Shown here piece after piece: positions 63,328 through 64,000 of a DNA stretch of 64,000 bases; position 1 is the first letter of the stretch; every line of letters begins with the position of its first letter. A program made the position numbers and the translations under genes. The DNA lies in contig JBHGNT010000009.1 of NCBI GenBank assembly GCA_043228905.1, positions 15,686,001 through 15,750,000 on the forward strand, given 5' to 3'. A model generated the notes under the pieces. The model was not told where the DNA came from and did no database searches. It worked only from the letters and a program-made list of their open reading frames with translations. The DNA comes from Azolla caroliniana (Eukaryota > Plantae > Polypodiophyta).

Positions 63328-63642
63328 TCGGGAGGCCGTTGGATAGATATTCCACGGACAAATATATTTTGGGAGTTATTGTAGGGGCTCATTGATGAGC
63401 ATTGAAGTATGAGTTAGTACTTCTGTCAGTCCGTATGGACTTGTATAAAAGTGCTCTTTGAGCACATCCTATGTATTCAGTTTTAGAATATTGTTTTGGA
63501 ATAGAGTTTTCTGTGTTTAGCTCTCTCTGTCTCTCCCGTGTACGCTGTGTTGATTAAGCTTTCCATTAAACCTTCCTTGTCTCTTGTCTCTTGTTACCCG
63601 GTTGTGTCTGTTAAGATTCCACATGTATTCTTTTAGAAAAAG

Positions 63643-63935
63643 GTCTAGTCTAATGATGTTACTTAATAGTGATGTTGACTATCTTAACATCAATGTGCTA
63701 TCTAAGGTAATTGGTGTTAGTAGAAAAACTGTGTACAATACAATGAACAGGATAATTTCAAGTGGTGAAGGAATTAGCCAATGTCACCCATAACACCAGA
63801 TATCAAGGATATAATCACCATATTTTGGACTATTGAGAGTACCGTTTCACCCAATAAGAAGGATTTATGGAGGAAACATGTTGGAAGGAGTCAATACGAG
63901 GAGCATCACATTCATCTTCTTGATGTACCTCAGGT
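63643..63935 (+). pseudogene. Continuation of the interrupted transposase-like ORF
   Basis: HTH-like LSKVIGVSRKTVY, then (after a frameshift) FWTIESTVSPNKKDLWRKHVGRSQYEEHHIHLL. A possible splice donor cag/gtattt lies near 63933. Confidence 0.5.
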
Positions 63936-64000
63936 ATTTACATTTATCTCAACTCTTGTTTTGATTTTTAAGCTTAGTTAGTTAGCAAATTAGCTACCTC

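Larger units (their letters stand above)
43501..63637 (+). mobile_element. Copia family A element bracketing a ~20-kb nest (5' LTR 43501-43897; 3' LTR remnant 63328-63637)
   Basis: The two LTRs are closely similar. TSD AAAAG at 43496-43500 and 63638-63642. PBS tggtattagagt at 43898-43909; gag start at 43983. Confidence 0.8.

Overview
This is eukaryotic DNA, almost certainly from a land plant. The mix of RTE-X-like LINEs, Sola-like DNA transposons, a Tat-like Gypsy element and strong CG/CHG decay suggests a non-seed plant (inference). One intact host gene is present: a 3-exon ATL-type transmembrane RING-H2 E3 ligase (minus strand, 6108-8696). The rest is a deep nest of transposable elements: decayed L1 and RTE-X-like LINEs, several Copia families, many solo LTRs, a hAT MITE, a fold-back element, two Sola-like transposase pseudogenes, and one young, intact Gypsy element with an extra RNase H (49659-56665). 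The most notable observations are four. (1) A group of TGTCG...CGACA LTR-like elements has 4-bp TSDs, always centred on CG (6 of 6 sites); two copies carry a tRNA-like Pol III A/B-box module in the same antisense position. (2) A 312-bp TG...CA element with a 5-bp TSD has ends that are ~100-bp inverted repeats. (3) A decayed PPR-gene fragment is inserted at a Copia gag start between 18-bp direct repeats. (4) A 20-kb nested insertion splits a transposase-like ORF that rejoins in frame. All family assignments come from motif recognition by eye, not from database searches.
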